Source: an uncultured Bacilli bacterium | GTDB lineage: Bacteria > Bacillota_I > Bacilli_A > RF39 > UBA660 | DNA: 64,000 nt | Reading direction: 5' to 3' | Assembly (NCBI GenBank): GCA_934162425.1 | Contig: CAKPIS010000007.1 | Coordinates: 1,128 to 65,127 of the forward strand | Shown here: positions 10,479 to 21,296 of the stretch, piece by piece | Position numbering within the stretch: position 1 is the first letter of the stretch | How the letters are laid out: each line of letters starts with the position of its first letter | Made by a program: the position numbers and the translations under genes | Notes under the pieces: model-generated | Seen by the model: only the letters and a program-made list of their open reading frames with translations | The model's database searches: none | Told to the model about the DNA's origin: nothing

Positions 10479-11183
10479 TTAATTTAATGGCAAACTATAA
10501 GATGGATTATTATTTGATATGTAATTAGATACACTTCCCTTTACTACTTTTAAAACAATTGGTATTTTAGAAGTTAATTTAGTATCTTTAGAAGTAAATG
10601 GTAAAATAGTTCTTTGAGTTACTTCAACATAAACATAAACTTCTATTAAAGCACTATTTACACCATAAGCTTTAACAGATGTTTTAACATCTAATCCTAC
10701 GTTACCAGAATACTCTATTTTAACAGGTATTTTAGGTCCTAAATTATATAAAAAAGCATTATTAAAAACTATTCCTATAGGCACCATATAAACTATTTTA
10801 TTTTTTATTTTCTTATTTAAATTATTATAAAACATTTCAGAAGGTAAATTTTTTCCTTCTTCTAGCTCATTAAGTTTTTTCCTAACATTTTTTGAGACAA
10901 TAATTAAAGCTTCATTTAAAATAGTAGTATCAAAATTAATACTTTCTATTTCCCCATCATTATTCTTTACAATTTCATAATATTTATTATTTTTTAAAAG
11001 ATTATTTAATTCTTCACTACCTGTATTTCTTAATACTTCAATTCCCATTCTTTTAGTTTGAACTTCCATATAATTAGCTAAAACAGGAATAGCTCTTTTA
11101 TTTAATATATTAAGGAGTATAGTAGTTGCTATAATTACAGATATTAGTAAAAACAAATACTTTTTTTTAAGATTTTTTTTCAT
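10479..11183 (-). CDS. sporulation protein YunB-like
   Basis: N-terminal TM helix; ...LGPKIPVKIEYSGNV...GVNSALIEVYVYVEVT... resembles YunB; start uncertain (TTG 11195 or ATG 11183). Confidence 0.55.
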   Translation of the reverse strand: MKKNLKKKYLFLLISVIIATTILLNILNKRAIPVLANYMEVQTKRMGIEVLRNTGSEELNNLLKNNKYYEIVKNNDGEIESINFDTTILNEALIIVSKNVRKKLNELEEGKNLPSEMFYNNLNKKIKNKIVYMVPIGIVFNNAFLYNLGPKIPVKIEYSGNVGLDVKTSVKAYGVNSALIEVYVYVEVTQRTILPFTSKDTKLTSKIPIVLKVVKGSVSNYISNNNPSYSLPLN

Positions 11184-11226
11184 ATTATCACACAATAATA
11201 TATGAAAAAAAAGAAAAGTTTATTTA

Positions 11227-11772
11227 TTATAAAGCCTTTCTTTTCTTAATTTTTTTCTTTAAATCTTTAACTATTTCCCCATAAGGTATATCTTTATATT
11301 CATTACAAAATAATATGTATAAAGCTGGAATAATATCATCATTATTAAAGCCTTCTGACTCTGCTACTAGATCATATATATTTATTTTATTTCCTTTTGG
11401 TGTTTCAATATTAGAATAACAATACATAAGTGATTTTCTTAAAGCATCATACCATTCATATTCCAAACTAAGGAATTTAGCCTCTTCAAGATTTAAGTAA
11501 TATATATTAATATTACTACTAATATTTTTTTCTTTATTTATTTTCATCTGTTTAATTATTTCTAATTGATTTAATAAAACTCCTGCTTGTTTTTTCTTTT
11601 GTTCTTTTAGTAATCTTAATGATTCGGAAAGCTTATAATATATCCACTTATTTTCTTTTCTTTTTCTTTCTTTTAAATAGTTTATCCATATGTTTTTATC
11701 TTCTCTATCTATAGCCAAAAGAATATATTTAAGTGCTTCATTATCCATTAAATATTTTCTATATCTATTCAT
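11227..11772 (-). CDS. hypothetical protein
   Basis: 181-aa ORF, Lys-rich, no known motif. Confidence 0.45.
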   Translation of the reverse strand: MNRYRKYLMDNEALKYILLAIDREDKNIWINYLKERKRKENKWIYYKLSESLRLLKEQKKKQAGVLLNQLEIIKQMKINKEKNISSNINIYYLNLEEAKFLSLEYEWYDALRKSLMYCYSNIETPKGNKINIYDLVAESEGFNNDDIIPALYILFCNEYKDIPYGEIVKDLKKKIKKRKAL

Positions 11773-11865
11773 ATATATTTCCCCTTTTTATAAGCAGGTA
11801 TTGTAACACAAATTAGGCTATAAATCAACAAGAAGAAAAAAAGAAGTCAAAAACTCCTTTAATCA

Positions 11866-12708
11866 CTATTTCTTTTTAAATATGTCTATTATTTTATTTA
11901 AATATTTTTCCATACCAAACTTTGTTATTCCAAAATACAATAATACAGCTAATAATACTAAAATAATAATTATAATAATTAACTTTTTAGCACCTCTTTT
12001 TTTACCTAAACTTCTAGATAAAGTACTAAAATCTTCAAAATCATTTTTAGTAAACATATTTGAATCAGTATAAAATGTTTTGTCTGCCTTAACTAAAGTC
12101 TTTTCTATATCTTTAGTAATTTCATCTGTTTTAGTTGTATCAGCAAAGCTTTCACTATCTAACTGTGATGTAACTGGTTTAGTAACAACTGTATTATCAT
12201 CCCCTTTTAACTCTGATAATATATCAAGTTCATCACTTACAGCTTCTTTTTTTATTGCCATTGTATTAATCAATTCTTCTAATTCTTTTTCTTCCTTTTC
12301 TAGGTTTTCTACGCTTCTATCATACCTTTTATTTCTTTCAGTAAAATCTATGTATTTTCTTTTTTCCTTAGCTTCTTCTAAAAATGATCTTCTTTGTTTA
12401 GCTTCATTAATAATTTCATTTATATCATAACTTTTATTTTCTGTTTTATAAGGATTAGGTTTTTCATAATCATCAACAATATCATAATTTTTTAAGGTTC
12501 TATATTGCCTTGTATCATATTTATCATCTAACATATCCTTTAACTTATTTAAGTTAATTTCTCTTGCAGAATCTAAAACTTCTGTATTTTTATATGTAGT
12601 ATCTCGGTATATATCATCATATACATCTTCATATAATTTAGTATTTTTTCTTGTTCTTTCGAATCTTTTCTTTTCACCCACTTGATACTTGTCCATTCTA
12701 GATTGCAT
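11866..12708 (-). CDS. hypothetical tail-anchored membrane protein
   Basis: 280 aa, charged N-terminal 240 aa then one TM helix (LIIIIIILVLLAVLLYFGI). Confidence 0.5.
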   Translation of the reverse strand: MQSRMDKYQVGEKKRFERTRKNTKLYEDVYDDIYRDTTYKNTEVLDSAREINLNKLKDMLDDKYDTRQYRTLKNYDIVDDYEKPNPYKTENKSYDINEIINEAKQRRSFLEEAKEKRKYIDFTERNKRYDRSVENLEKEEKELEELINTMAIKKEAVSDELDILSELKGDDNTVVTKPVTSQLDSESFADTTKTDEITKDIEKTLVKADKTFYTDSNMFTKNDFEDFSTLSRSLGKKRGAKKLIIIIIILVLLAVLLYFGITKFGMEKYLNKIIDIFKKK

Positions 12709-12814
12709 GATATACCTCCGTACTATATAAATGATAACATACTTTACATTTTTTTTAAAGTATTATTGCTTTTTTTTCTAGCTCTTTATATAATTGTGCT
12801 ATAGGAGGAATTTT

Positions 12815-13015
12815 ATGAAATTCAAAGTTGATAAGGACTCTTGCATTGGATGCGGTGCATGCCAGGCTATATGCGGTGAAATATTTGAAATAAATGATGA
12901 TGGTTATGCTACTGCAAAAGATGTATTAGTTAGTGATCCTGAAGTAAAAGAAGATGCTATTAGTGCAATGGAAGGTTGCCCTACTAGTGCTATAAGTGAA
13001 GAAAAAGAAGATTAA
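12815..13015 (+). CDS. 4Fe-4S ferredoxin (single-cluster type)
   Basis: CIGCGACQAIC ... CP motif; ATG 12815 preceded by AGGAGG. Confidence 0.8.
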   Translation: MKFKVDKDSCIGCGACQAICGEIFEINDDGYATAKDVLVSDPEVKEDAISAMEGCPTSAISEEKED

Positions 13016-13038
13016 TCTTTATAGACTAAATCTTCTTT

Positions 13039-13758
13039 TTATTTATATCTAGCTAAATTTTTTAATTGTCTAACTTCCTTGGTTGTTAACATTCTTCTTT
13101 CACCACTTTTTAAGTTACCTAATCCGATGAAAGCAAAAGATTCTCTTTTTAACTTTAAAACTTCGTGATCTATACTTTCAAATATTCTTTTAACCTCATG
13201 ATTTTTACCTTCATGAATTGTTATTTCTACTATGGATGTTAAACTTTTTTTATCTATTTTTTTAAGTTTTACCCTAGATGGATAAACTTTACTTCCATCT
13301 AATAAAATACCTTGCTTTAGTTTTTTTATTTCATCTCCTGTAACTATTCCTTTTACTTTAGCTACATAAAATTTATCTATTTTATTTGATGGATGCATTA
13401 AAAGATTAGCAAAATCACCATCATTAGTTAATAAAAGTACTCCAGTTGTATCATAATCTAATCTACCTATTGGATAAATTCTTTTAGGAATATCATCAAA
13501 ATAATCTAATACCGTTTTTCTTCCCTTATCATCTTTTGTTGTACAAACAACTCCTCTTGGTTTATAAAATAAGAAATATTCCTTTGATTCAAAACCTATT
13601 GGGTTTCCCTCTACTAATATTTCATCAGAAAGTGAAGCCTTATCTCCTAAATTAGCTACCATTCCATTTACTAAAACTTTCTTTTTTAAAATTAATTCTT
13701 CTGCCTTCCTTCTAGAACAATATCCAGAATTTGCTATTAGTTTTTGCACTCTATCCAT
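13039..13758 (-). CDS. rluB: 23S rRNA pseudouridine synthase, RsuA/RluB family
   Basis: N-terminal S4 domain (RVQKLIANSGYCSRRKAE), catalytic GRLDYDTTGVLLLTNDG. Confidence 0.8.
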   Translation of the reverse strand: MDRVQKLIANSGYCSRRKAEELILKKKVLVNGMVANLGDKASLSDEILVEGNPIGFESKEYFLFYKPRGVVCTTKDDKGRKTVLDYFDDIPKRIYPIGRLDYDTTGVLLLTNDGDFANLLMHPSNKIDKFYVAKVKGIVTGDEIKKLKQGILLDGSKVYPSRVKLKKIDKKSLTSIVEITIHEGKNHEVKRIFESIDHEVLKLKRESFAFIGLGNLKSGERRMLTTKEVRQLKNLARYK

Positions 13759-13760
13759 TA

Positions 13761-15848
13761 TTACACCTTCTTTATACTTTTATGATTTTTCATTAATTTT
13801 TTAATGCCTATTCCTTTAAACGCAATTGTTGCAATAGACTTATCTACCATAACAACAACACCTGGACCATAAGAGTCATGAACTACATTATCACCAACAT
13901 TTAAACCATTATCTAAGTTAAACATCTTTGTTTTATCTAATTTACTTATAAATTCTTTTTTAATACTTGGTTTATCTATATATTCATCATCAATTTCACT
14001 TATAAATCTACTTGGCATATTAACACTTGTTTTACCAAATAAAGTTCTTCTTAAAGCATTTAATAAATATAGTTTTTTCTTTGCACGCGTTATAGCAACA
14101 TAACATAGCCTTCTTTCTTCTTCTAATCCTTCTTCTTCAAAAGATGAGTTAACATGTGGAAAAATGTTTTCTTCCATACCTATTACAAATACATAATCAA
14201 ACTCTAGTCCTTTAACAGCATGAATAGTCATTAAAGTAACTTTACTAGTATTATCATTTTTCTGTTCATTAACATCACTTACTAAACTTACCTCATTTAA
14301 AAATTCCTCAAGTGATGCTATACCACTTTCTTCTTCAAATGTTTTAGATATAGATTTAAATTCATTTAAGTTTTCTAATCTAATATCAGCTTCTAGCGTA
14401 TGCTCACTTTCTAATTCTTTTTTAATTCCAGACTTATTTAAAACCATATCAATAGTTTCAGTAAGACTTAAATTATTACTTAAATCAATCATTTCTTCTA
14501 TTTGCTTTTTAAATTCTAATTCCTTACCACTTTTTATAGTATCAAAAATAGAAGTTCCATTAAGAACACTTTCCATACTTAAATTATCCACTGTTTTAGA
14601 ACCAATACCCCTTTTTGGATAATTAATTATTCTAAGAAGTGATATATCATCTTTAGTATTATATATTAACTTTAAATATGCTAATAAATCTTTAATTTCT
14701 TTTCTTGAATAGAATGCAAATGCACCAACTATTCTATATGGAATATTACTATTTAAAAAACCTTCTTCTATCGTTCTTGACTGTGCATTAGTACGATATA
14801 AAACTGCTATATCATCTAGGTTAACGCCTTTATTTTTAAGTTCTTTTATCTCTTTTGTAACATATGAAGCCTCATCTTTTTCATCATTTGCTTTAATGTA
14901 CTTAATCTTTTCTCCTTCTTCATTTAAGGTCCAAAGATTTTTATCTTTCTTATTAATATTATTTTTAATAACACTATTAGCTGCATTTAAAATCATCTTA
15001 GTAGAACGATAATTTTGCTCTAAAAGTATTACTTTAGCATCTTTATAATCTTTTTCAAAGTTTAATATATTTTTATATTTTGCACCTCTCCAAGAATATA
15101 TAGACTGAGCTTCATCACCTACTACACAAATATTTTTATATTTTGCACTTATCATTTTTGATAATATGTACTGTGCCTCATTAGTATCTTGATACTCATC
15201 TATAAATACATACTTAAATAATTCTTGGTAACTATCTAATACATCTTTATACTTATTAAAAAGCATTACTGGCATAGTAAGCAAATCATCAAAATCAAGT
15301 GAATTATTTCTTTTTAAAGCTTCTTGATATTTTTCATATACTTTATAAGTTATTTCACTTACATCATCTACTGCTAAAGATTTATAACGACTAGGAGACA
15401 TCATCTCATTTTTACAAGAACTTATATTATTTTTAATAAACTTAGGATTACATCTTGTAGTATCTATATTTAATTCTTTCATTATCTTTTTTATTAAAGT
15501 CAATGAATCATCACTATCTATAATAGTAAAGTTTTTTTCATATCCTAATTTTTCATAATTTTCTTTTATTATTCTAAGACCAAAAGAGTGAAATGTAGAT
15601 ATTTGCATATCATAAGCCTTACTACCTACCATTTTAATTATTCTTTCTTTCATTTCACGAGCTGCCTTATTAGTAAATGTAATTGCAAGTATATTCTTTG
15701 GATTTGCACCCTTTTCTTCTATTAAATAAGCTATTTTAGTTGTTAAAACACTAGTCTTACCAGAACCTGCACCTGCTAATATAAGAACTGGACCATCATC
15801 TGCTAAAACAGCTTCTTTTTGTTTATCATTTAAGTATTCTATATTCAT
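13761..15848 (-). CDS. pcrA: ATP-dependent DNA helicase PcrA/UvrD family
   Basis: 695 aa; LNDKQKEAV, Walker A AGAGSGKT, DEYQDTN, TIHAVKGLEF motifs. Confidence 0.85.
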   Translation of the reverse strand: MNIEYLNDKQKEAVLADDGPVLILAGAGSGKTSVLTTKIAYLIEEKGANPKNILAITFTNKAAREMKERIIKMVGSKAYDMQISTFHSFGLRIIKENYEKLGYEKNFTIIDSDDSLTLIKKIMKELNIDTTRCNPKFIKNNISSCKNEMMSPSRYKSLAVDDVSEITYKVYEKYQEALKRNNSLDFDDLLTMPVMLFNKYKDVLDSYQELFKYVFIDEYQDTNEAQYILSKMISAKYKNICVVGDEAQSIYSWRGAKYKNILNFEKDYKDAKVILLEQNYRSTKMILNAANSVIKNNINKKDKNLWTLNEEGEKIKYIKANDEKDEASYVTKEIKELKNKGVNLDDIAVLYRTNAQSRTIEEGFLNSNIPYRIVGAFAFYSRKEIKDLLAYLKLIYNTKDDISLLRIINYPKRGIGSKTVDNLSMESVLNGTSIFDTIKSGKELEFKKQIEEMIDLSNNLSLTETIDMVLNKSGIKKELESEHTLEADIRLENLNEFKSISKTFEEESGIASLEEFLNEVSLVSDVNEQKNDNTSKVTLMTIHAVKGLEFDYVFVIGMEENIFPHVNSSFEEEGLEEERRLCYVAITRAKKKLYLLNALRRTLFGKTSVNMPSRFISEIDDEYIDKPSIKKEFISKLDKTKMFNLDNGLNVGDNVVHDSYGPGVVVMVDKSIATIAFKGIGIKKLMKNHKSIKKV

Positions 15849-15972
15849 TTTATCTACCTCATTTACCTATCTATTTTATCATAAAATTATATAATATTAA
15901 ACGTTAATTACTAATATTTTATCATACATACATTTGTTTGTAAATGACTTAATTTTAAAAGTGGATAATTTC

Positions 15973-16938
15973 TTACCCACTTATTTTTAATACCATACCT
16001 ATCTTTATTAAATTAGGATTACTTCCTATTACATTTTTATTTAATTCATATAAATCTTTCCAATTCATATTATATTTTTTTGCTATCTTAATTAAAGTAT
16101 CTCCTTTCTTTACAATATATGTAGAAGGTATAATCACTTCATCTTTTTTAGGAATTTTAATTATTTGACCTACATATATCTTATTTGCATCTTTAATGTT
16201 ATTATAACTTACTAACGTTTTATAAGACATATTATATTTACTAGCTATCTTAATTAAAGTATCTCCTTTTTTTACCACGTAATTAGTACTATTATTTTCT
16301 ATCTTTTCATCTTGTCTATTATTACTACTAGTATTATCATTATTTTTTTTACCAATTATACTAGGATAATCTTTATATGAAATATTTAAATCAACATTTC
16401 CATTTATACCAGGCAGGCTTCCCTTTGATGAATATTGCCAAATACCAAAACTTTTATTATAAGTTGGTGATTTAGTCCACTGTGCAAGCCATTTATCATA
16501 TCTATCTAACTTACTACTATTTAACTTTCCATTTAAATAATCTAAATTAGCATATATCATTACATAATAACCAGCACTTTCTATCATAGAACATATAGTA
16601 TCTGTAATATCTACTAGCATATTATTATTAACACTTTGTGTTCTATTAGATGACTCTATATCTATTACAACAGGATATGTAGGATTATATTTTTTTATTA
16701 TATTAATAAACCCATTAGCTTCCTTTTTAGCATCTTCTATATTAGTAGCATAAGAAAAATGATATAGCCCATAAGGAACTCCAATAGATTCTAATCCTTT
16801 AATATTTCTTTTATACTTTCTATCTTCATAAAAAGAGCCATAACTAGTTCTTACCATTGCAAAGTCTATATTACCTTTTAATTTATTAAAATCTATTTCT
16901 CCCTGATGATGAGATATATCAATACCTTTTTTCTCCAT
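15973..16938 (-). CDS. GH25 muramidase with two C-terminal LysM domains, no signal peptide
   Basis: GIDISHHQGEIDF start typical of GH25; two copies of YVVKKGDTLIKIA.KYNM... Confidence 0.85.
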   Translation of the reverse strand: MEKKGIDISHHQGEIDFNKLKGNIDFAMVRTSYGSFYEDRKYKRNIKGLESIGVPYGLYHFSYATNIEDAKKEANGFINIIKKYNPTYPVVIDIESSNRTQSVNNNMLVDITDTICSMIESAGYYVMIYANLDYLNGKLNSSKLDRYDKWLAQWTKSPTYNKSFGIWQYSSKGSLPGINGNVDLNISYKDYPSIIGKKNNDNTSSNNRQDEKIENNSTNYVVKKGDTLIKIASKYNMSYKTLVSYNNIKDANKIYVGQIIKIPKKDEVIIPSTYIVKKGDTLIKIAKKYNMNWKDLYELNKNVIGSNPNLIKIGMVLKISG

Positions 16939-17139
16939 ATTTATTCCCCCTTCACTAATATTAAATTCAAAAGAATAAATATGAATTAATTACTTAGTCT
17001 TATCTTATTTAGTACATAATACATAACATGTGCTTTTTATATTTAATTTTCTTGCATTTATTTAGAAAATGATTATATGCAAATTTTGTTCATATATATT
17101 ATCGTTAGAAATTTTACTTTAGTATATTTTTTAGTATTA

Positions 17140-17170
17140 AAAAATGGTCAACGAAGAGATTCATCGACCA
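17140..17170 (-). terminator. putative terminator downstream of the SleB-domain gene
   Basis: Imperfect hairpin TGGTCAACGAA/TTCATCGACCA (9/11) followed by a U-run on the minus strand. Confidence 0.35.
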
Positions 17171-17189
17171 AAAAATATTATATTTTTAA

Positions 17190-19700
17190 TTAGTAATAGC
17201 AGAAATACTCACCATCAATAATTTTATATACGCCACTTCCCTGTGCAAAACCGGCTTGAAATAAAACATTATTAGGTAATTGCGAACCATTCTCTAATAA
17301 ATATTTAGCGTTATTAATTGCTCTTTGAGTTGGAGTATTATAATAAGTTCCTTCCCATGTAGGTGAATATTGTCCAGGCTCAAATACAACATCATATATT
17401 GTATCTGGGAAATGTTTAGATTTTACTCTGTTTAATACAACTGAGCCTACAGCTAACTGGCATTCATCACTTTCACCACCTGCTTCAGCACTTATTATAT
17501 GTGAAAGTACATATAAATTTTCATCAGTATAATCTACTCTTGCACTTCCAGAGCTTGTGTTTTTCTTATTGTACTTATAATTAATTATAGCTTGTGATAA
17601 ATAATTGTTTCCAGCACCCTCATTATCACCATCGCAACTACTATAATTACTATATATTTTTAGCTTTCCACTACGATCATAGTCAGAAACTTCTATACGT
17701 TCTAGACCAGTTACATTTACCTTACCCTTATTTAATGTGTAACAAGTCTCATCATCATATCTATATTCTTTTGCATTTAACTTTTTATATGTAAACCATC
17801 TATAATATAATGTATTATTAGTATTATTTGTTACTGTTGCTACTGGAAAATAATCAGTATTTTCTTTAGCTTGATATATACCATCTTTACCTGGTTTATT
17901 ATTTTTATCTTTTAATTCTATAACTACATTATTACTATTTGATGAACTAGCTTTATATATGTAGTTGACAATTCCATATCCTACGTTTGGAGATGTTGAT
18001 GTTTTATCATTTTTACATGCATCATAACTAGCATACACAACAACTTTACCACTTCTTTCAGGTCCTCCACTATGAACCTTTAATCCTGGTCTTCCTATAG
18101 AAAACTTTGTTTCTTTACGTGCTACGCAAGCATTCCCAGCTAAATTAGCACCATACCCTACCGGACCTTTTCCGTTTATTTGTCCAAAAGTAAACCATCT
18201 ATAATATATAGTAGCACCACTCGGATTTTCTATTGTTGGACTTGTACTATAATTTTCGTATTTATTAACTATGAAATTACCATCGGAGTTTTTGCTTAAA
18301 TTTAGTTTCTTACCATTTAATTTTGATGCATCAGCAAAAGTTACTGTAGGCTTAATAGCAAAAGTCATTTTTTTACTATATACAACATTACCATTATCAC
18401 TTCTTAATTTACCAAATGATACTTTTGCTTCAACATAAGATATTTCAGATGTAATCTTTATATTATATGCTGCTGGATTTTCTTTATCTATTAATATATC
18501 ATTTGATTGACTTTTTACTGCATCATTAGATGAGTAAGCAATATACTTAATGTAATAATTTTTAGTTTGGTAATAGTCTTTTGTAAATCTAGCTTCTAAT
18601 TTAGCATTGCCCTTAATAAATATTGTTTTATTATCAGTTACGCTAGTATGAACTAATTTTCCTTTATCATAAGTATTTTTCTCAATTATAATACTTCCAT
18701 CTGTTCCAGAAGTATATATTCTATTAAATATACTGTCTTTTTTATTGCACTTTATTTTAATATCTTTTGCTGCTAAGCTTTCTGTTTTAGCATTATTATC
18801 TTTTAGACAAGAATCATTAGAAGTATAAACTTTTAACATTCCACTACGATTTTTTGCACTTGAAGTTGAACTTATTTTCAAACCTCTTACTAACGTACTT
18901 TTAGTAATTGTATTACATTTATTATTAGATTCCCCATTATTAGTTACCTTTGAGGAACTAGGATTAACACCATCAAATGTAAACCAACGGTAATATAATG
19001 TTTCATTGTTTCCATTTTCTATTATAGCGTGAATAGAATATGTAGATTCCGCATTTGATATTAATGTTCCAGTGCTATCTATTGTAAATCCACTATCTGA
19101 ATTATATTTAATACCTACTTTAGAAGCATCAGCTGTTGTTATAAAGTTTGTAACGCTTTCAATAAATGGATAATTAAAGTAGCCTTCTATACCAATAACA
19201 ATGTCTGCCTTTATATATTTTACATCACTAGTTATTGTAAATTCATATTCAAAAGTTTCTTTTGTTATTTTACTGCTTTGAACTTGACCTATTAAAGTAT
19301 CATTTTGTCCATATGCCATAGCTCTAAAAATAAATTTATTTTTCCAAAATCCAGAATAAAATAACTTTGGAAACATACCCCTTACTTTTATCTTTTTATT
19401 TTTATTTATAGAAACTAAGTCATCACCAATATTATCTGTTTTTATATAATTACCAGCTGTAAAACTTTCTTCTCCTATCTTAAGTTTACTATCTACTGAA
19501 GCTATTTCAATTATTGGTGTATTAATTCTTACACGTTTTGAGGCTCCTTTTATTTTATTTAAGTTAAATGCAGAATTTAACATATAACTTGCTGAAAAAA
19601 GAAGACCAATTACTGTTATAGCTAATAGGCTATATATTATTCTTCTTGTTCTTATTGTTTTATTTGATGGTCTACCAACTTTGTTTTTAAATAATCCCAT
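17190..19700 (-). CDS. membrane-anchored protein with internal repeats and a C-terminal SleB-type cell-wall hydrolase domain
   Basis: 836 aa; TM helix aa ~20-42; C-terminal ...ISAEAGGES...AVGSVVLNRV...PGQY... (Hydrolase_2/SleB pattern); three YYRWFT repeats. Confidence 0.75.
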   Translation of the reverse strand: MGLFKNKVGRPSNKTIRTRRIIYSLLAITVIGLLFSASYMLNSAFNLNKIKGASKRVRINTPIIEIASVDSKLKIGEESFTAGNYIKTDNIGDDLVSINKNKKIKVRGMFPKLFYSGFWKNKFIFRAMAYGQNDTLIGQVQSSKITKETFEYEFTITSDVKYIKADIVIGIEGYFNYPFIESVTNFITTADASKVGIKYNSDSGFTIDSTGTLISNAESTYSIHAIIENGNNETLYYRWFTFDGVNPSSSKVTNNGESNNKCNTITKSTLVRGLKISSTSSAKNRSGMLKVYTSNDSCLKDNNAKTESLAAKDIKIKCNKKDSIFNRIYTSGTDGSIIIEKNTYDKGKLVHTSVTDNKTIFIKGNAKLEARFTKDYYQTKNYYIKYIAYSSNDAVKSQSNDILIDKENPAAYNIKITSEISYVEAKVSFGKLRSDNGNVVYSKKMTFAIKPTVTFADASKLNGKKLNLSKNSDGNFIVNKYENYSTSPTIENPSGATIYYRWFTFGQINGKGPVGYGANLAGNACVARKETKFSIGRPGLKVHSGGPERSGKVVVYASYDACKNDKTSTSPNVGYGIVNYIYKASSSNSNNVVIELKDKNNKPGKDGIYQAKENTDYFPVATVTNNTNNTLYYRWFTYKKLNAKEYRYDDETCYTLNKGKVNVTGLERIEVSDYDRSGKLKIYSNYSSCDGDNEGAGNNYLSQAIINYKYNKKNTSSGSARVDYTDENLYVLSHIISAEAGGESDECQLAVGSVVLNRVKSKHFPDTIYDVVFEPGQYSPTWEGTYYNTPTQRAINNAKYLLENGSQLPNNVLFQAGFAQGSGVYKIIDGEYFCYY

Positions 19701-19812
19701 TTTTATTACTCCCTCTACTTCTATTTTTACATAACTAGAATATCATACTTTTCGTCAAAAAACAACAATATAGGGTTATAGAAAGCAAAAAGTGACAGAA
19801 TTTTCTATCACT

Positions 19813-21243
19813 TTAGTTATTTACTTTTTGATGTACATCAGGACTATTCATTGTAAGAGGTGCAAACGTATAACCATTAGATAAACCAAACTCAATTATT
19901 CTTTCTATTGCATCAACCGTATAAGGCTTTATGTCATGCATTAAAACAACGTTATTATGATCTGGCTTTATTTGACTAGTTACATTTAAAAATACTTTAT
20001 TAGAATCTTTTGTCTCACCAGCATCACCTGATGATATAGTCCAATCAAAATATCTAAAACCTAATTCTTCCACCTTTTTAGTTAATTCTGTCATTATTCC
20101 ATTTTTATATTTTCTACTTATAGTATTAGAACTTCCGCCTGGAAATCTAATAATTTTAGAAGTAATTCCAGTATATTCTTTTACTTTATTTTGAATATTA
20201 ATTAAGTCATTCATATAGGCATCAATACTAGTATATATTAAAGCATAATTATGAGTATAACTATGAAGTGCAACAGTATGTCCTTCACTAGCTTCTCTTT
20301 TAAGCAAATCATTAAATTTGTCACTATAACCAGTTACAAAGAATGTAGCTTTTACGTTATATTTACCTAATATATCAAGAAGTCTTGCAGTATAAGCTCC
20401 AGGACCATCATCAAATGTTAAATATATAACTTTATTTCCTAAATTTTCTGGATTATATGCATTTTTTGAAAATACTTTAACCGTTCTTTTAACAGATGAT
20501 GTATTTCCAAATAAATCACTTACGCTATAAGTTAACTCATAAGTTCCTTCTTTAGATGTATCAACATTTCCTGTTACTTTAACTTTATCAGTTATAATAC
20601 CATCACAATTATCATTAGCTACAAAGCCAGGTTCTTCATATTTAGAACCTGCACCAATATAAATAGTATTAGCCTTATTAAGTGTTATAACTGGCTTTTC
20701 ATTATCTTTAGCAACTTCATCAAATTCCCTTGTTGTTGTATTACCAGATGAATCTGATACTTTATATGTTAATTTATTGTTTTTAAAACTAGTTACTATC
20801 TTACTTGTTATATCACCATCATAATTATCACTTGCAGATAATGTTATTCCTTCTACTTTACCACTTAAACATACATTCTTAAACTTGCCTTCAACTACTA
20901 GTTTAGGTTTAGTGCTATCTATTACATTTACTATTTCTTTTTTTACTAAATGTTTATTTTTATAATCTATTTTATAGATAACTTTATATGCACCTTTCTT
21001 TTTTGTATCAACTACTCCTCTTACTTTATAACTTAGTTTTTTACAATGTAATTTATTACCATAACAAACCCTTAGTTTTTGATTTTTATACTTAGAAAAC
21101 ACTTCTATATTTCTTTCTTCTTTAAAATCTTTTACATGTATTTTTCTTGTTACAAAATTAACGAATAATAATGAAATTAATAAGATACTAGAAATTATTA
21201 TTACTAAAATTAATCCTTTTTTATTTATTTTTTTACTATCCAT
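19813..21243 (-). CDS. polysaccharide deacetylase (NodB homology) with Ig-like repeats
   Basis: 476 aa; signal anchor; two Ig-like (DUF5011-like) repeats; LTFDDGPG and HSYTHNY motifs. Confidence 0.8.
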   Translation of the reverse strand: MDSKKINKKGLILVIIISSILLISLLFVNFVTRKIHVKDFKEERNIEVFSKYKNQKLRVCYGNKLHCKKLSYKVRGVVDTKKKGAYKVIYKIDYKNKHLVKKEIVNVIDSTKPKLVVEGKFKNVCLSGKVEGITLSASDNYDGDITSKIVTSFKNNKLTYKVSDSSGNTTTREFDEVAKDNEKPVITLNKANTIYIGAGSKYEEPGFVANDNCDGIITDKVKVTGNVDTSKEGTYELTYSVSDLFGNTSSVKRTVKVFSKNAYNPENLGNKVIYLTFDDGPGAYTARLLDILGKYNVKATFFVTGYSDKFNDLLKREASEGHTVALHSYTHNYALIYTSIDAYMNDLINIQNKVKEYTGITSKIIRFPGGSSNTISRKYKNGIMTELTKKVEELGFRYFDWTISSGDAGETKDSNKVFLNVTSQIKPDHNNVVLMHDIKPYTVDAIERIIEFGLSNGYTFAPLTMNSPDVHQKVNN

Positions 21244-21296
21244 AACTACTCCTACTATGATTATTATACCACTATAAATAGTATCTATAAAGAAAT

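Noticed and set aside
5460-12430. Plus-strand track ORFs antisense to minus-strand genes (5460-5660, 6596-6814, 8195-8392, 8501-8767, 8944-9168, 9415-9777, 11882-12073, 12080-12430)
   Set aside because: Each is fully embedded antisense in a longer ORF with recognisable motifs. Their translations are low-complexity (Leu/Ile/Phe/Ser/Tyr-rich), as expected from AT-rich antisense frames, and there is no RBS context.
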